Assembly: GCA_036785375.1 (NCBI GenBank)
Contig: JAWMAR010000079.1
Span: 2,108,001 to 2,172,000, forward strand
Length of the DNA: 64,000 nt
Direction: 5' to 3'
Origin: Leucoraja ocellata
Lineage: Eukaryota
Shown one piece after another: positions 1 to 12,655 of this stretch. A program made the position numbers and the translations under genes. Positions within the stretch are counted from its first letter, which is position 1, and each line of letters starts with the position of its first letter. The notes below the pieces were generated by a model. It saw only the letters and a program-made list of their open reading frames with translations. It had not been told where the DNA came from and did not search any database.

Positions 1-676
1 TATTTAATCTCAAATATTCAAAGTATTTCTACATTTATATTTCGCTCATATTCTTACAGTATTTTAGATCCATTGTAGCGAGGAAGGAAATCAACTGGCC
101 CATCAAGCCCATGTTGAATTATATTGTGGATATTGCTATTCAGTTCTATTTCACCCAGGCTCTGTTTTTCAACTATTTATCTAATTCCCTCTCTGGTATT
201 GGTACTTGTTTATCATTGTCACGTATACCGAGATACAGTGAAAACGTTTGTTTGCCTGTTATCCGGTCAAATCAGATAATTCTCTACATGAATACCATCA
301 CGCTGTGCACAAGTACAACAAGTAGAGTGAAGAGGAGAAAAGGTATTATTATATAAATTTATCCGTGAGCTATCTCCGCAGTGTATAAGTCTCAATTTAT
401 TTCTCAAATAATCTGGTCAGCATCGCATATGTGAGTTATTTGACTTACATCTTTCTTACATTACAACATTGACTACAACCAAGCTTCAATTAATTTAATA
501 GACTTGTCATTCCAAGTCATTTTTTTGTTCAATCCCTATTTGCAAGCACGAAAGCCATTTAAAAACCATTGGCAGTTTTACTGTGTAACAATTGGCCACA
601 GCTATTAATGGAAAGGTAGGGGTGAAGTGAGAGGCAAGAGCTATGTTGACTTGGCTGATTTTATCCAAGGTGATTA

Positions 677-998
677 GGGGCAGCACAGTGACACAACTGT
701 GGTGTTGCTGCCTTACAGCACCAGTGACCTGGGTTTGATCCTGACTGCAGGTGCTGGCTGTATGGAGTTTGTGGATTCTCCCTGTGACTGCGTGGGTTTT
801 CTCCAGGTGCTCCGGTTTCCTGCCACACTCCAAAGGCGTACAAGGTTTGTAGGTTAATTGGCTTCTGTAAATTGTAAAATGTCCCTAGTGTGTAGGATAG
901 TGTTAGTATATGGGATGATCACTGGTAGGTCGACTTGGTGGGTTGAAGGGTCTGTTTCCACACTGCATCTCTTAAGTCTAAAGTATAAAGTCTAAAGT
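677..998 (+). mobile_element. HE1-type V-SINE (tRNA-derived head, V domain, CR1/HER1-derived tail)
   Basis: tRNA-like head (ggcagcacagtgacaca...gggtttgatcct), V-domain tgcgtgggttttctccaggtgctccggtttcctgccacactccaaa, LINE tail gaagggtctgtttccacactg, (tctaaag)n end. Confidence 0.85.
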
Positions 999-1544
999 GA
1001 GCTGCAGGTACGTCATTGTTTCACTTGGATTAGCACAGGAATATATCCTGTTGGCCCTTTACAACTGTGCAGTTCGCAAATGGAGGCAAGACAGGAAGAT
1101 TCTACAAACCATAGAGAGGTAAATATCTTGATAATTTATTTGTAAGTGGTCTTTTGGGATAACAGTTTACCAGGAAATTTAAGAGTTTAAAATAACTTAG
1201 AATTCTTCGTCCAAGGAAACTGCGGGGGTGCAGTTGTTAAGTATAGTCTCAAAAGATCATTCGATTTTTAGATATTAAGGGAAAGTGTGTGATAAGGGGT
1301 TAGTAGAGGAAAGTGGTCCTGAGATAAAAGACAAGGTCTGATTTAATTGAATGGCAGAACATGCACAAGGGTCTAATTGACCTACCCATCTTCCTATTTC
1401 TTATCTTCTTATGTGCATCATAGTGGCAACAGAAGCAACAGCACAAAAACATTCCATTCAGGGCAACCACTCTATTATACTCTTCACATAGTCTCAGTTT
1501 GAGTGCAGTTTATTGGACCCGTCTTCAGGCTCACCTTTAACATT

Positions 1545-1722
1545 CATATAACCATATAACAATTACAGCAGGGAAACAGCCCATCTCGGCCTTTCTAGTC
1601 CGTGCCGAACACTTATTCCCCCCTAGTCCCATCTACCTGTACTCAAACCATAACCCTCCATTCCTTTCCCGTCCATATACCTATCCAATTTATTTTTAAA
1701 TTGTAAAATCGAACCTGCCTCC
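1545..1722 (-). mobile_element. CR1 LINE 3' end fragment
   Basis: Translates as EAGSILQFKNKLDRYMDGKGMEGYG (CR1 ORF2 C-terminus) with a short tandem tail. Confidence 0.8.
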
Positions 1723-1888
1723 AGGTTACTTAGTAGTTGAGCATTAGCTTTCTTTAACCCATTATTTTCCCTTGCTCTCCCATTCTCTCCAAAAAGTTCC
1801 AATTCTCGTAAAGCCATTCTTACACCTTAACTCCTGTATCATAAGTCGTGCAGAGTGACTTCTATCAGGTGATTCTTGCATTATGACT

Positions 1889-2480
1889 TAGAATCTTACA
1901 GAGTGGAAACAGGCCCTTCGGCCCAACTTGCCCACACCAACCAACATGTCACATCTATACTAGTCTCACCCACCTGCTAAATATCCCTCTAAACCTGTCC
2001 GATCCTTGTACCTGTCTAAATGTTTCTTAAACATTACGATAGTACCTGCCTCAACTACCTCTTCCGGCAGTTTTTTCCATACCCTTTTCACCCTTCGCAT
2101 GAAAAAGTTACCCCTCAGGTTCCTATTAAATCTTTCCTCCCTCACCTTAAACCTATGTCCTCTGGTTCTCGATTCCCCAACACTGGGCAAGAGACTGTGT
2201 GTCTATCTGATCTATCCCCCTCATGAATTTGTACACCTCTATAAGATTACCCCCTATCCTCCTGCGGTCCAAGGAATAGAATCCTTGCTTGCTCAATCTC
2301 TTTCTATACCTCAGGCCTTCAAGTCCTGGCAACATCCTCGTAAATCTTCTCTGCACCCTTTCCAGCTTGACACCATCTTTCCTATAACATGGTGCCCAAA
2401 AATATACTCTAAATGCAGCCTCATCAACGTCTTTTATAACTGCAACATGACCTCCCAATTTCTCCACTCAATGCTCTGAC
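1889..2480 (-). mobile_element. CR1 LINE ORF2 3' fragment (frameshifted)
   Basis: ORFs 2153-2467 (LERVQRRFTRMLPGL) and 1966-2190 (SRTRGHRFKV...FKKHLDRY). Confidence 0.9.
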
Positions 2481-2760
2481 TTCTGTCTGGTAACTCCTGT
2501 ATTGGCCCTGCATGGAGACTCCTCCATTGTAGGTTTTGTATACTGAGTTTTGCCTGGTGACTGCTTTATCATGAGTCTTGGACCCATGTGCTGTTGTGAG
2601 TGATATGGATCAGAGACTCTGAACACCACCTGTGAACAGCACAATAATTCAGTTTCAATTCTCTCCCACTTTATCTATATTTAAGGATGGGACATTTTAT
2701 TTCTGCTCCCCAAACATGCAGGGTGCTAGGCTTATTACAAGACCCTTATCCAGTCAGTAA

Positions 2761-3282
2761 CAGGAGGACTCTCTCAAACGTCTACAGGTGCACAGTGGAG
2801 AGCATGTTGACTGGTTGCATCGTGCCTTGGTTCGGCAACTTGTGCGTCCAGGAGCGAAAAAAGCTGCAAAAAGTTGTAAACACTGCCCAGGCCAACACCG
2901 GCTCTGACCTCCCTACCATCGAGGGGATCTATTGCAGTCTCTGCCTCAAGAAGGCTGCCAACATCATCAAGGACCCACACTCATCTCTCCACTGCCATCA
3001 GGTAGAAGGTACAGGAGCCTGAAATCTGCAACATCCAGGTTCAGGAACAGCTTCTTCCCCACAGTCATCAGACTATTAAACACAACTTCAAACAAACTCT
3101 GAACTCTAACAGCCTATTGCACTTTATCTGTTTATTTATGTGTATATATATGGTCTATGGTATATAGACACACTGATCTGTTCTGTATTTATGCCTACAA
3201 TATTCTGTGGTGCTGCAGCAAGCAAGAATTTCATTGTCCTATCTGGGACACATGACAATAAACTCTCTTGACTTGACTTGAC
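2761..3282 (+). mobile_element. Rex1/Babar LINE 3' fragment
   Basis: YRCTVESMLTGCIVPWFGN...KKAANIIKDPH, ttcaggaacagcttcttccc motif, tail gacaataaa followed by (cttga)n. Confidence 0.85.
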
Positions 3283-3974
3283 TACATAGTCCAGGCTTTG
3301 GACTTAAATTTTTAGGATTTAAGCTCAGTGATCGATTGCATAAAGCAATTGTTGGCTGTGGGAACGGAGTCTGAATTGCCACTAATACAGTTATTCTAGG
3401 GTCACTGAGTTCATTTGCAGCACACATTTGTTTGACTGTCTCAGTATAATTTTGCAGATTAAGACATGGAATCTTTGTCCAGTATCTTGATGTCTGAGTG
3501 TCTGCCACCATATCAGCTCCTGGAGCCAAAGTCTATGGCGCCAAATGGAAAAAATCTTGACTTTAATCAGAAACTCAGCAGCCTAATGCAACATCAGAAC
3601 GAGTCTCTTTCCTTTCCTTTTGTTATTTTCTTTCCTCATAAACTTCCTTCCTTGTTTTCTTAGAGATTTTCTCCCAGCTGATGCGAGTCTAAACATTTAC
3701 TCATTTAGTCAAATAAATAATCATATGCAGAGAGAAGGCACAACAATGAGCCTTGTACACCCACAGCCCACCAACTCCCTACATTCAGGATACACAAACA
3801 CAACAGGCAAGAGAGAGAAGAAAGCTCCAATTCCTCACAACAGCATCGATTCATACAAAAATATATCCCACAGCAATGTGACACTGACAATGTGTCTGTA
3901 TGTCTGCAATTAATTTACCCTTCACTCTCCCGCTGCCTTTTGTGGCTGTCCGGCTTAGCTCCGCAACAGAAAAT

Positions 3975-4330
3975 CTTGGCATCAAACCTCACTCCAGAAA
4001 CTCAAGCATAAATTTATGCTAGCAGAGAGAGAGAGTACCATCTTACAATGAGAATCATATCTTCTACCCCCATCGATGCAAAACAATTCCCAGGCACTAT
4101 TTCAAAGCGGTGGTGGAGTTAAACACAAAAAGGATCTTGACCCCGAAATGTCACCCATTCCTTCTCTCCAGAGATGCTGCCTGTCCTGCTGAATTGCTCC
4201 AGATTTTTGTGTCTATCTTTGGTTTAAACCAGCATCTGCAGTTCCTTCCTACCTACACAATCATGTTAACCTGTGTCCAGTCCAACCAACATCACAAAAA
4301 CCAATAATCTGCTTATTATTGTGATGCATG
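3975..4330 (+). mobile_element. Degraded Deu-domain SINE interrupted by a Penelope pseudo-LTR fragment (~4125-4258)
   Basis: Deu-like ggcactatttcaaag...ccaaccaacatcacaaaaac halves flank cttgaccccgaaatgtcacccattccttctctccagagatgctgcc. Confidence 0.55.
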
Positions 4331-4619
4331 TAAATATGTGTACATGTTTGAAATTTGACACGTAACCAAATGTTGCTACATGTTTGTATCAGGCACTATT
4401 GTTTGGTTGAGGATTACTGCATTCAATAGAGGCTCTATTTCCATTTATGTAATTATCAAATCTGTCTGCTGTGTATCTTACATGGTAATAGTGCCTATAC
4501 TTGGAAGGTACTTTGTAGAACATGTGCGAGTTAGTGTCATTTTATGAACTGAGAATATCACAAAAGCTACGATTTCCAATATGTGGTGCCAGCCACTGCT
4601 GTTAGTCGGAAAATGATTA

Positions 4620-4876
4620 CAATAGACAATAGACAATAGGTGTAGGAGTAGGCCATTCGGCCCTTCGAGCCAGCATCACCATTTAATGTGATCATGGCTG
4701 ATCATCCCCAATCAGTACCCTGTTCCTGCCTTCTCCCCTATTTTTAAGAGCCCTATCTAGCTCTCTCTTGAAACATCCAGGGAACCTACCTCCACCGCTC
4801 TCTGAGGCAGAGAATTCCACAGACTCACCACTCTCTGTGAGAAAAAGTGTTTCCTCGTCTCCGTTCTAAATGGCTT
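4620..4876 (-). mobile_element. CR1 LINE 3' end
   Basis: (caataga)n tail and ggagtaggccattcggcccttcgagcc; close similarity to copies at 14390, 26688 and 39086. Confidence 0.9.
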
Positions 4877-4934
4877 CAATAATTGATTTTCGGTGGTAGT
4901 TCCACCTTTGTTATCTACCGCATTGAACATTATA

Positions 4935-5345
4935 TGGCTACGACACTCGCTGGGACGTTAAATTATTACAGAACTAGATTCTCTACATAAAACAATGGCA
5001 AACCATTCTGGAAATGTTGTTGAATTTGAGAAGTACAGTGAGTCTCAGCCATTTATCCTATATATGGAACAAACTGAAGTGCTCTTGAGATCAAACAATA
5101 ACACTGAACTATGGAAATGGAACAGAATAGAGAAATAGCACCATGTATAAAAAGACCAGGCCAATGTTTTTTATTGTTGGAGACATTTGAGACTTTGATC
5201 AGTCTGGCAAACCATAGATATCCTAAGAACATAATGTAAAGTTTTTGATGGGTCTTTAATCCAACACATTCAGAGATATTGAAGAATTGCAAGGATGAAA
5301 CATGCAAGCAGAGATTAAAGGAAACAATCAGTGAATACACAATCA
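4935..5345 (+). mobile_element. Degraded Ty3/Gypsy gag remnant
   Basis: PBS-like tggctacgac at ~4935; from ATG 4995 MANHSGNVVEFEKYSESQPFILYMEQTEVLLRSN, later ETFETLISLA and FNPTHSEILK...QRLKETISEY, matching the usual Gypsy gag N-terminal pattern. Confidence 0.5.
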
Positions 5346-5484
5346 AACAATATGCACAGGCAAAAGAGTATAATTTTATCGAATGAGAGGAATCTGGTGA
5401 AACTGAATGGACGTGGTGCTTAAATTGGTGTTCAAGTAATACAGCAGCAAGGGGCTGATGGTCTACAGATGTGAGTGGAATATC

Positions 5485-5830
5485 CACTGTGGCAACCATA
5501 AAATTTAATTTAATAAAATAATCTGGGCGTTAAAACCCAAAATCCTTTGTGGTGGATACCATGAAACTTTGAAATGTCATAAAAGTGCATCTCGTTCATG
5601 ATTGACCCCCAGGGAGGGAATTCTACCATTCTTACTGGAACAGGCCTTTACGACTCCAAACCCACAGTAAAGTTTTGGACTCGTAAAATGAATTTTGAAA
5701 AGACTTTGCAGCATATTCAATTATATCCTAATAGACATGATGTTGAACCACTAACGATATGACTTCCTCAAGGCCAATTGGGTATGTTCAATAAATAATA
5801 GTCTTTCTGGCAACACTCGCATTTAAAAAA
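5485..5830 (+). mobile_element. Old chondrichthyan SINE/LINE-tail repeat
   Basis: Same order of motifs as 56460-57210 (aataaatctgg...agggagggaa..gactcc...caataaa). Confidence 0.5.
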
Positions 5831-6904
5831 ACAAATAAAAAGAAATTGATATTCATTGGAGTGCAGAACAGAGAATCAGTCTGGAGATGGGACAAAAATA
5901 TGAAGCATTTTTGCGTATGGCATAATTCTGAAATTGAAGCAAAGAATAAGGCCACACAATTTGTATGGTTTTCAGCTTCATGGTTGAGTCACACAGATAC
6001 AATAAGTATGTTTGAAATCAATCGGTCTCGCCGGCGCCAAAAGCTACGTCCTTGTCGTGGATGATGATGGACTTATCCATCTTCAGGACGTTTGTTTCAG
6101 ATGGTTCAATTCTACATAGTCCCAAATGTGCAAGTTTTTGAAGAAAATGATTGCTGAAACATAGGACATATAGTCCTTGGAGCCTATGCCAGCTCATTCA
6201 GCATCAACAAAACCCAATGCAAGTTTCTGGGACAATAAATCATTTTCCATTTGAACAGATACGAGCCTCCACAGCCCAACATCAAATTTTCCTGTTTCTG
6301 TCTGCATCAGAACTGGCCATATCTACTCATGTCAGTCATCCAAATGTATTCTTGGCTCAGTGTTTTCTCTCTCCAATAGTGCATCCTGGCTTGCAGGGGA
6401 TGTACCATAGCCCTGCAATTAGGGGCACATGATAATAAGATGATGAGGCATAATCACCCTCCAACTGTCCCAATAACCTTATCAGATATTCCCTTTTTCC
6501 GATTCCTCCCTCCCTCCCTCACCTTTTCCGTTATTTAACCTTAAAATAACACACACGATTCAAGACATAAAGTGAACAATAAGAGCATTCTTCAAAGGTT
6601 AACGATTTGCAGTGCTGACCAGAGCTGCATGCCAATCAGGAGCCAGATGAACACGTCAGCAAGTGAAATATACAATTCATGATGATGGAAAAGAGATATT
6701 AGGGATGAAGTTATCCATTACGGAATATATATGAAAGGTTAAGTGTCTTTAAGAAGTATGCACAACATCAAATGTTGCTTTTGGTACATTGCTGCACCAG
6801 CCACTGCTGTTAGTTGGGAGTTGACTGACACTAATAAAGAGTGTTTTGCCACTGGCTCTCCACTATTATTTATCATATTCAAGCAGCAATACAAAAGGGC
6901 CTAG

Positions 6905-7065
6905 ACACTATAATTATCACATTCGTGTTTACGTATGTGAGCTTGCTATGTGCAAGTTGCTGTATCTTCTACATTACAACAGTATGTTTCAAGTACTCCA
7001 TTGACTGGAAAGGATGTTGGGGACAGGATGTAAAAGGTGCTACAGAAATGGTAGCTCTTCTTTCT
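6905..7065 (+). mobile_element. Deu-domain SINE 3' part
   Basis: ttgctatgtgcaagttgctg...ctacattacaacagt...ttcaagtactccattgactg...aaaggtgctacagaaatg; related pieces at ~410-480, 26020-26160 and 36560-36720. Confidence 0.6.
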
Positions 7066-9444
7066 CAACATCCCCCAACCCTTTCAAAAATCTGTGACTC
7101 CTCAGTTTCATGATTCTAGCAGCACAGATAACCCTCCTGCAATTGTTTGTCCTGTCAAGGTCGAAGCAGGCATTTTTGGCCATAAAATGTCATAGTACCT
7201 GAAAAGTGGACTCTTTTATAGGACCTTTCAGCATTAGTGTACCCGACTTCAGTTCACAAGGCTAAGAAATGGTCTGCCTATTATTTATGCCACTGCAGGA
7301 TGTCTTAATTTTTCTCCGAAATATCCCTAAATGTTTCACACACAGTTGAAATACTTCGACTGTTTTCAACAATTCAACAAGACCCTCACTCTAAGTGAAT
7401 GATATCCATTGAAGGAAGGTCTTTGGCCAAGATGATTAGCTGCTCCTCTTTGCGCAGAACTGTGTGATCCTTGACACCACACACACCAGCTGGCAGACCG
7501 AGAGTCCCACACCTTATTTGAGAGATGGCTTTACAATGAGAGCTACATGTTTAAATGTTACGAGGGGGGGACCCACCCACCCTCTGACTCAGAGGCAAAG
7601 CGCATCTAACTGAACCACAGCAGATAATTATTGTCTTGGAGCAGAGCCAGAGATAGTTGGATGAATGCTCAGTAAAACGACTTGAATATCTCAGCAGAAT
7701 GCTATCAGCAGAGAAACCTCCCGATTAATTGGATTCTAAATCTTGCCTTGGCCTGTCGATTCTTTCACTCAATTATCTCTCAAATATGGGGAAAAGGTTA
7801 CAAGGATTTTTTTGATTCGCAAAGGAAACACGTGTTTATTGCTTCAGCTCTCGTTCCTTATTCAATCCTTTCTTTTACTTTCTTTATTTCCTTTGCTTCT
7901 TGCTCATCAAGGCGCAGGCAACAAGCAGCAAAGGCGACTTCTCCACCAACTGGCTCAAATTTCCTCTCCCAAGGAACATCTCCCATTCTTTGACCTCTGT
8001 ACCACTTCAAAGTCATGGATGGGATGCAGGCACCGTCTGGGGCACAGTTTGTGTGCCCGCCTCAGGTAGAGGGGAGAGAAATCGCTGTGGTGTATTGCCA
8101 ATGTGTAATTGCACCTCACTGCTCACAGAGAACACTTTGCAAAGCATTTTAAAACTGCCATTCTCCACCCTGCCAAATTTGAAAATTGGCAAGCTCAGAA
8201 TTCCCCTCGAGCACTGGATTCGCATATGGTGAGAGAAGTCAATGATAGATGTGGAATTTATTCAGCACAGGAGGAAACCATTCAGCCCATTCTATCCGTG
8301 TCAGCTCTTTGAAAGTACACTTCAACTAGTCGCATTCGCCTGTTCTTTCACTCAATCCTGAAAAGTATTATTTTTCCACTACATATTTATTCAATGGAAT
8401 ATTATTAATGAAACTACTTCCACCATCCTTTCAGGCAGTAGTACTTGGAATGCATGACAGAGGTATTTTACAATACCTTTAGGAAGTGAGGAAACCATAT
8501 GATATGACCTCTTACACATCGCTGTTTAACCACTACTGTTGGCTGTACTGAACATCAATAGAAAATAATCCGAGGGCACTGTATGGATGATAGGTTTGAG
8601 ATGTTAGGGCTGAGGAAGAAGCCTGGCAGGAGCCGTGTCTTGGAAAATTGAACAAGGTTGTCACGGGAGAATTGTAACAATGGTAGGTTCTGTGGATTAG
8701 TTTGGATATGAACAAGGCATGGCAGCCTTGTCCCCTGGATTTTCCCTATCCACAGATCAGGTGTAGATATTCCTGAGAGCAAACAATACCACGAATATCC
8801 TGGGATGGATATTGAACAATGTGGAAAGAAAAAGGCAAAAGCCTGTTGTAACTGTAGAGACAACAGAAATAGGTCATTTATTTGTGTTCCAAAGGGATAT
8901 TTCAATCCAACCCCTACATAGACCTTTGAGAATTACATATTTGGTATAGGCAGCCAAGAATCAGAAGAGACAGTCAACAAATATGTCATCAGGCTATTGA
9001 CGTTGGCTAAAAGCTGAAACATTCAAACATTTTTCAATGAATCACTCTGGGTTTATTTGCTGTACAAGCTGGCATATAAGAGGAGTTAAGTAAAATTATC
9101 TGCCACTAAGGAAGCCTGCAGAATTGTCACATGGGTGGAAAGGAATGAGACCTTGCTGAGGCTCTTATGGAAGACACCTGTCCTCTAAGTGTCCTTTCAG
9201 TACAGAACAATTCTTTAATTGCAACCAAATATAACCAACTTACTGCTCGCATGAGCAGGACTCCACTGAAAGCAAATGCTGATAAAGACAACTGTCTTTG
9301 TTGCAAAGGAGACAAGTTGTAGAATAGTCCAACTGGAGGATCATCCATGCCCTGGAATTAGAGACTGAGGATGTGGCATTGGTGATGTTAAGTCAAATTT
9401 ATTACACAGTTGTAACGGAATTTTTCATGAAAACCTTACAGCAT

Positions 9445-10130
9445 AAACAGATAAGAAATAGGAGCAGGCCCTTTGAGCCTGCTCCTCCACTCAACCAAAT
9501 TATGGCTGATCACTTTATCATTCCCTCATTCACACCACACATTCCTTGAAATCTATTGTTTTTTATTTCCGATGAATTCAATGGCCAAGCCTCCAAATCT
9601 CTCGGGGATCAAGAATTCCAAATCGACATTACCCTATGATTGAAGAATATTCCCTGCAAGCTAGTCCTGATATCGTGCCCCTTCTTTTGAATCTATGACC
9701 CCCTGGCCCTTGACTCCACAGCACGAGGAAAGAACCTCCCCATATCCACATTTCTGAAAGAATTTTGCATGCCTCAAAGAAATCTCTTATTTTTCTCTTA
9801 AAGAATAAAAGTCGAGACAATCTCTTCTCATATGATAGGCCTGTCTTCCCAGGATGATGAATGCCCAGCATTCATCATCCTGGGAAGACAGGCCTATCAT
9901 ATGAGAAGAGATTGTCTCGACTTTTATTCTTTAAGAGAAAAATAAGAGATTACTTCCTCCAAAGCAAGCATTTATTGTGAATGGAGACCAAATCTGTACA
10001 CAATATTGCGGTATTGTCTTGTCAAGGTCCAAGTTAATTGTACATTTTTACTTTTGTATTCAAACCCTGATACCACAAAAGCTTACGTTCCAATTACCTA
10101 TCTAACTGTTTCACCAGCATTTTGGCTTAG
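9445..10130 (-). mobile_element. Degraded CR1 LINE 3' fragment containing a perfect palindrome
   Basis: ORF 9629-9871 GLSYEKRLSRL...GGHRFK; CR1 tail at 9455-9520. Confidence 0.75.
9781..9951. repeat. Perfect inverted repeat, 84-bp arms with 3-nt loop
   Basis: 9781-9864 is the exact reverse complement of 9868-9951; loop cca. Confidence 0.97.
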
Positions 10131-12037
10131 CGTAATTTAGAGAATAGTTTCTCCCCATCTATACTGTTGAAACCACAACATTTTGAATATGTCTACTGAA
10201 TTATGCTTTAAGGGAAAAATAGCCAACTTCTCTAATCTATCCACGTGGTCTGTGATATTGGAATAAATGTCCTATGCACGCTTTCCTGAAGCCAGACCAT
10301 CCTTCCAAGAACAAGAAGGGCTCCCATCTCGACATAGTCCTCAACTTGAGCCAGTGATTTGCAAAAGTACGACGTTACATCCTTCCATACTTTAGTTCGC
10401 ACCAATCAGCTCCTTCCTTTGTGATGTGACTGTAATGATTTCAAGAAGGTGGTTTATTTTCTTCTCAGATATTTCCCCTTTGATGTAGTGGGCACCTCTG
10501 ACAAAGCAGTGCCCCCTCATTACAGGAATACCATTAAAGGTTTTTGTGCTTGAAGTCTTCGTAGTGAGATAAACTCATAACATGCCGACTCAGAGTCGAG
10601 AGTGTTGTGCGCTGAGTCACTGCCGAGAGCAGATGTAAACCAGAGACCCTGATAAGCTTGTGTTCCAGTTCAAGTTGCATTCCTACTCGCCACTTACTCA
10701 AACAGTTTCAGCTTCTTATTTACTTACTACCAAACAGGAGGCCATTCATCCATTCAGGTCCATGCTAGCTCCCAGCAGAGCATTCCCATCAGATCCAATT
10801 TCCAAGTTACATTGGTCAAGTATCCTATTGGCAATCTTTAGGATAAGGCAGGAAACCAAAGCTCACAGCAGAAATCCATGCGGTCACAGGAAGAATGAAC
10901 AAATTCCACAATCACCCTAGGTCAGAAGTGAACACAGGTCACTGGAGTTGTGAGTTAGCAGAAGTAACTACTTCTTTGTTTCACTCCAGAAATACAAGGC
11001 GGACACTCAAATCCAGCAGAGAGAGACAACTGAACTGCTGCAGGGGCTGTCTTAAAAATGAAAAATAAATAATTGCATCATACTGAGATGATACAAGCAG
11101 CTATGGAAATGGAAAATCTTTCTGTATGGAATTTGAAGAGGCAAGACGCTTCAGTGGCTCTTCCTAGAAGATGGATGTTGAGTGAGGGCAACGGTTTGGC
11201 ATTGATGAAAATCAAAGGAATGAACGATTTCGGAGTGAAGGGAAGAAATATTAATATTAAAAAGGCAACAAAACCGGATTTGATATTCCTCATCAGTGCC
11301 TTGTGGCCTTGAATTCCATGAGTCCACTGCATTGTAATGAAAATCCAAATGATTCCCTGCTGTTGTATGGGGCAAGCGATCTGATGTCCTTATCAGTCAC
11401 TCCAGTCCTGGCCTCCAGCAATTTGTTCCTCATTGCACTCTATGGTAGCAATGTGCCACCTCATCAATACGATGATTAAAATCGGCCACTACTCCCAGAT
11501 TTTTTAGTCGCTTAACTGCTTAATGAGGTACATTCACTTTTCTAATGTGAATGTGAACTGCAGCAACCAATGTTTCTTGAGATCCAAATAGGAAAAATGG
11601 GACAATGCCATTTCCAGCTCAGACAAACTACAGCCTATTACACCAGCATAACAGTTGCCACAGTTGACTCAACAAAAGCAACAAAGGCAGTATCTGTTTC
11701 TTTAGTTCATTACAGGGATGTAATGTTGCTAGTGAGGCCAACATTTATTACCCACTCCTGAACTTCTGTGAAGAGGTGATGGTGGCAATGAACGCCATCG
11801 CCGGGTAATAAACGGGTTGGGTTTTTACAAAAGTCCTTGTTGATTTGTTTGTGTCAGAAATTACATAAAAATCAATCGATTTGTAACCATATAGCCACAG
11901 TATTTTAATGAATGGCATCAAATGCACATTAGGCTGACAAAAAAATACAATTACAGAAAGGAGAGTGAGTAAAAGAGGAAACTAGTTTTAGAAATGAGCA
12001 ATTGCTTATGTCAGACATTTGAATTTAATAATACTGT

Positions 12038-12123
12038 GGGTTTCGGGCCGAAACGTTGCCTATTTCCTTCGCTCCATAGATGCTGCTGCACCCGCTGAGT
12101 TTCTCCAGCACATTTGTCTACCT
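12038..12123 (+). mobile_element. Penelope pseudo-LTR fragment (3' half of hammerhead)
   Basis: gggtttcgggccgaaacgttgcctatttccttcgctccatagatgctgctgcacccgctgagtttctccagc, near-identical to the 18943-19135 arms. Confidence 0.8.
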
Positions 12124-12490
12124 CAGTGATATATTTGGGCGTTTACAACAATCCAATCCATTCATGATCTGATGCCCGTTTTTTTGGTCACCTCTATTCA
12201 AATTCTCAAATTGTTCCAGTGTAATCCGAGTTTTGGTTGCCTGGATTATTAGCCTAGTTCAGCCCTTATGGTTTAGTATTAGACCCATGCAAATTTGACA
12301 GCTGTGCTTCTCACGAGCCCTGGAGTGTGAAGATTTAAATCTTTCTCTAAAGATGAGTCTATTAATTCCAGTTGAAAGTCAGTGCCGTACTGAAAGAGTG
12401 CTGCACTGCCAAAATTATTTTTGAATGTCAAACCAAGATCTCATCTGGCCCTTTCTAATTAATTTTAAAGAGCGCCAGAGAAGGTCCATA

Positions 12491-12655
12491 GGGAGGAGCG
12501 AATGCCACCTGAACACAAGTTGTGGTCTGATCAACCACGGCTGGGTCGCCTGGGTGAGGGTATCTGATGTTGAAAGACCCGAAACACCCAATGGCCCCAG
12601 CTTACATCACTGATGATGCGTTCAGGAGCATCAATAGATGTATTTTTATCAATCA
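12491..12655 (+). mobile_element. HERO-like non-LTR retrotransposon 3' end inserted in a Deu-SINE
   Basis: ctgatcaaccacggctgggtcgcctgggtgagggtatctgatgttgaaagacccgaaacacccaatg...acatcactgatgatg resembles fish HERO 3' ends as I recall them. Confidence 0.5.

Noticed and set aside
677-750. tRNA gene
   Set aside because: tRNA-derived SINE head without a complete cloverleaf
5053-5499. 148-aa minus-strand ORF as a membrane protein
   Set aside because: No domain or splice signals; antisense to a probable gag remnant
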